Source: Pyrinomonadaceae bacterium (GTDB lineage: Bacteria; Acidobacteriota; Blastocatellia; Pyrinomonadales; Pyrinomonadaceae). Taken from it: a stretch of DNA of 55,871 nucleotides. A model generated the notes under the pieces. It was given only the letters and a program-made list of their open reading frames with translations, made no database searches and was not told where the DNA came from. Shown here one piece after another: positions 55,801-55,871 of the stretch; position 1 is the stretch's first letter; each line of letters opens with the position of its first letter. Location: contig JACDEG010000001.1 in the NCBI GenBank assembly GCA_013816505.1, positions 1 through 55,871 on the forward strand, in the 5' to 3' direction. A program made the translations under genes and the position numbers.

Positions 55801-55859
55801 GGACGCCGCAGTTCCAGTACATCGAGCCGACCGGCTTCAGACAAAAACTCCAACAGTAG
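52824..55859 (+). CDS. Very large PilX-N-terminal-domain protein (1011 aa), putative pilus tip/minor pilin-associated protein
   Basis: GAAGGAG lies 9 nt before ATG 52824. The N-terminus ERGAALVTALVIMALMMTISASVLTVVTTEANITGSDLKRTQAFYATQASIE matches the PilX_N pattern. The rest is Thr/Gly/Asn-rich and beta-rich. Confidence 0.6.
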   Translation: MFSEKFNQTAERSSLSAERTGERGAALVTALVIMALMMTISASVLTVVTTEANITGSDLKRTQAFYATQASIEQMTNGFSSLFSLTARPTTAALQEIADTFPAELISEGFTFQQTLVKDEARLTKMRSDMGLAIDATPTTNITTGPFAGLFGSITPYKLASTATNSQGYAEVTLEREINNFLIPLFQFGMFTDGDMEIHPGPAFYFNGRVHANGNFYISGPETGTNFVNFLGKVTIGREAVYNVMRNGQPRTGNVKVWVGATGVTLNQGSFTDGPHKSGSTATSPNYFPDSPTGTKTTAINWETQTVQAPSGATPTNKFNRQLLTRTTGAVPLLLPFQLDGAPTREIIKRAITTDTQSLSESRYHNKAQIRILIDDAPSLATGWPSLTAGVNLAAFVPTRLGANVLRRHDDSGNVVGVTVKQGTGSVNANAVRGGLLGDATAPAIPTGAPLTGRILIQLVQENGTAVDVTQRILSMGITEGEPNGIVYLQRPMWAAFMQGSRDRDTLGGPYNLASLTDTTNYVADGEVSTTTPPTIHSTKGYLNTGIDDDTSGLERRGDAPPAITDPSNWWNSIVPINVYNVREGLIHSRLNSNQIYERGITSVVEINMKNLARWVGGVYDSTLLAGSAPDARASNIKRGDGYILYVSDRRGDSVPVGGTTNGIVDNEDIYIFPSTSTTGSSADASTGTLDPGEDVNGDGLLSSNILELPYPFPYITTDVNVITDFTPTFTPTVAAPWTWGVATAERLNRAKKVLSHNVRYFRRAVRLFNGERIQAGAATATSNLSINRGISVTTENMVYIWGNFNTTGITCQPANGSTLNQLTATNPTTTLMPCRYKGDQVPSSIVSDAFFPLSKTWADSLSAMYPQGGRPADDMLPADPGAPLPNYETAVRAGIIAGNNKSAIKVGYSMTGNTSLDAGNGTESRLNGGMHNYPRFLEGWSQRWNLVGALIPLYNSTQAVGPYRAVGEIYGAPIRNWSFDDTFKDPNRLPPGTPQFQYIEPTGFRQKLQQ

Positions 55860-55871
55860 ACTCGACTGAAA

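Overview
This is a 55.9-kb bacterial chromosomal segment of about 60% GC with a few AT-richer islets. Gene content (TonB-dependent receptors with a carboxypeptidase-regulatory domain, many secreted glycoside hydrolases, pilMNOPQ) suggests an Acidobacteriota-like organism; that is inference only. All calls come from reading the sequence and ORF track by eye; no searches or folding programs were run.

Layout:
- (1) 1-24.3 kb is an all-plus-strand furanoside/arabinogalactan-type sugar locus. It holds three GH43, one GH127 and two GH2 genes, galT-galK, a LacI regulator, and a clear ytfQ-ytfR-ytfT-[GH43]-yjfF furanose ABC transporter.
- (2) 24.3-26.5 kb holds small uncharacterised genes, including an orphan BrnA-like antitoxin.
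- (3) 26.5-30.7 kb (minus strand) is a Tat-exported molybdenum hydroxylase operon with 2Fe-2S, Moco and FAD subunits.
- (4) 30.8-43.4 kb holds housekeeping genes: nth, an HhH-GPD glycosylase split by a 103-bp MITE, a TonB receptor, tRNA-His/Arg/Pro, an AI-2E transporter, Nudix, HU and rdgB. It also has two large unknown convergent genes.
- (5) 43.4-55.9 kb is a type IV pilus block: pilMNOPQ, a roadblock/LC7 gene, and four minor-pilin-like genes including a 1011-aa PilX-like protein.

Most notable observations:
- A candidate c-di-GMP-I (GEMM-I) riboswitch lies in the long pilM leader.
- Six long hairpins with short-tandem-repeat (mostly heptamer) arms sit at or on the stop codons of sugar-locus genes.
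- A MITE with TAAA target duplication inactivates the glycosylase gene.
- Four single-nucleotide reading-frame lesions cluster in the first 10 kb.
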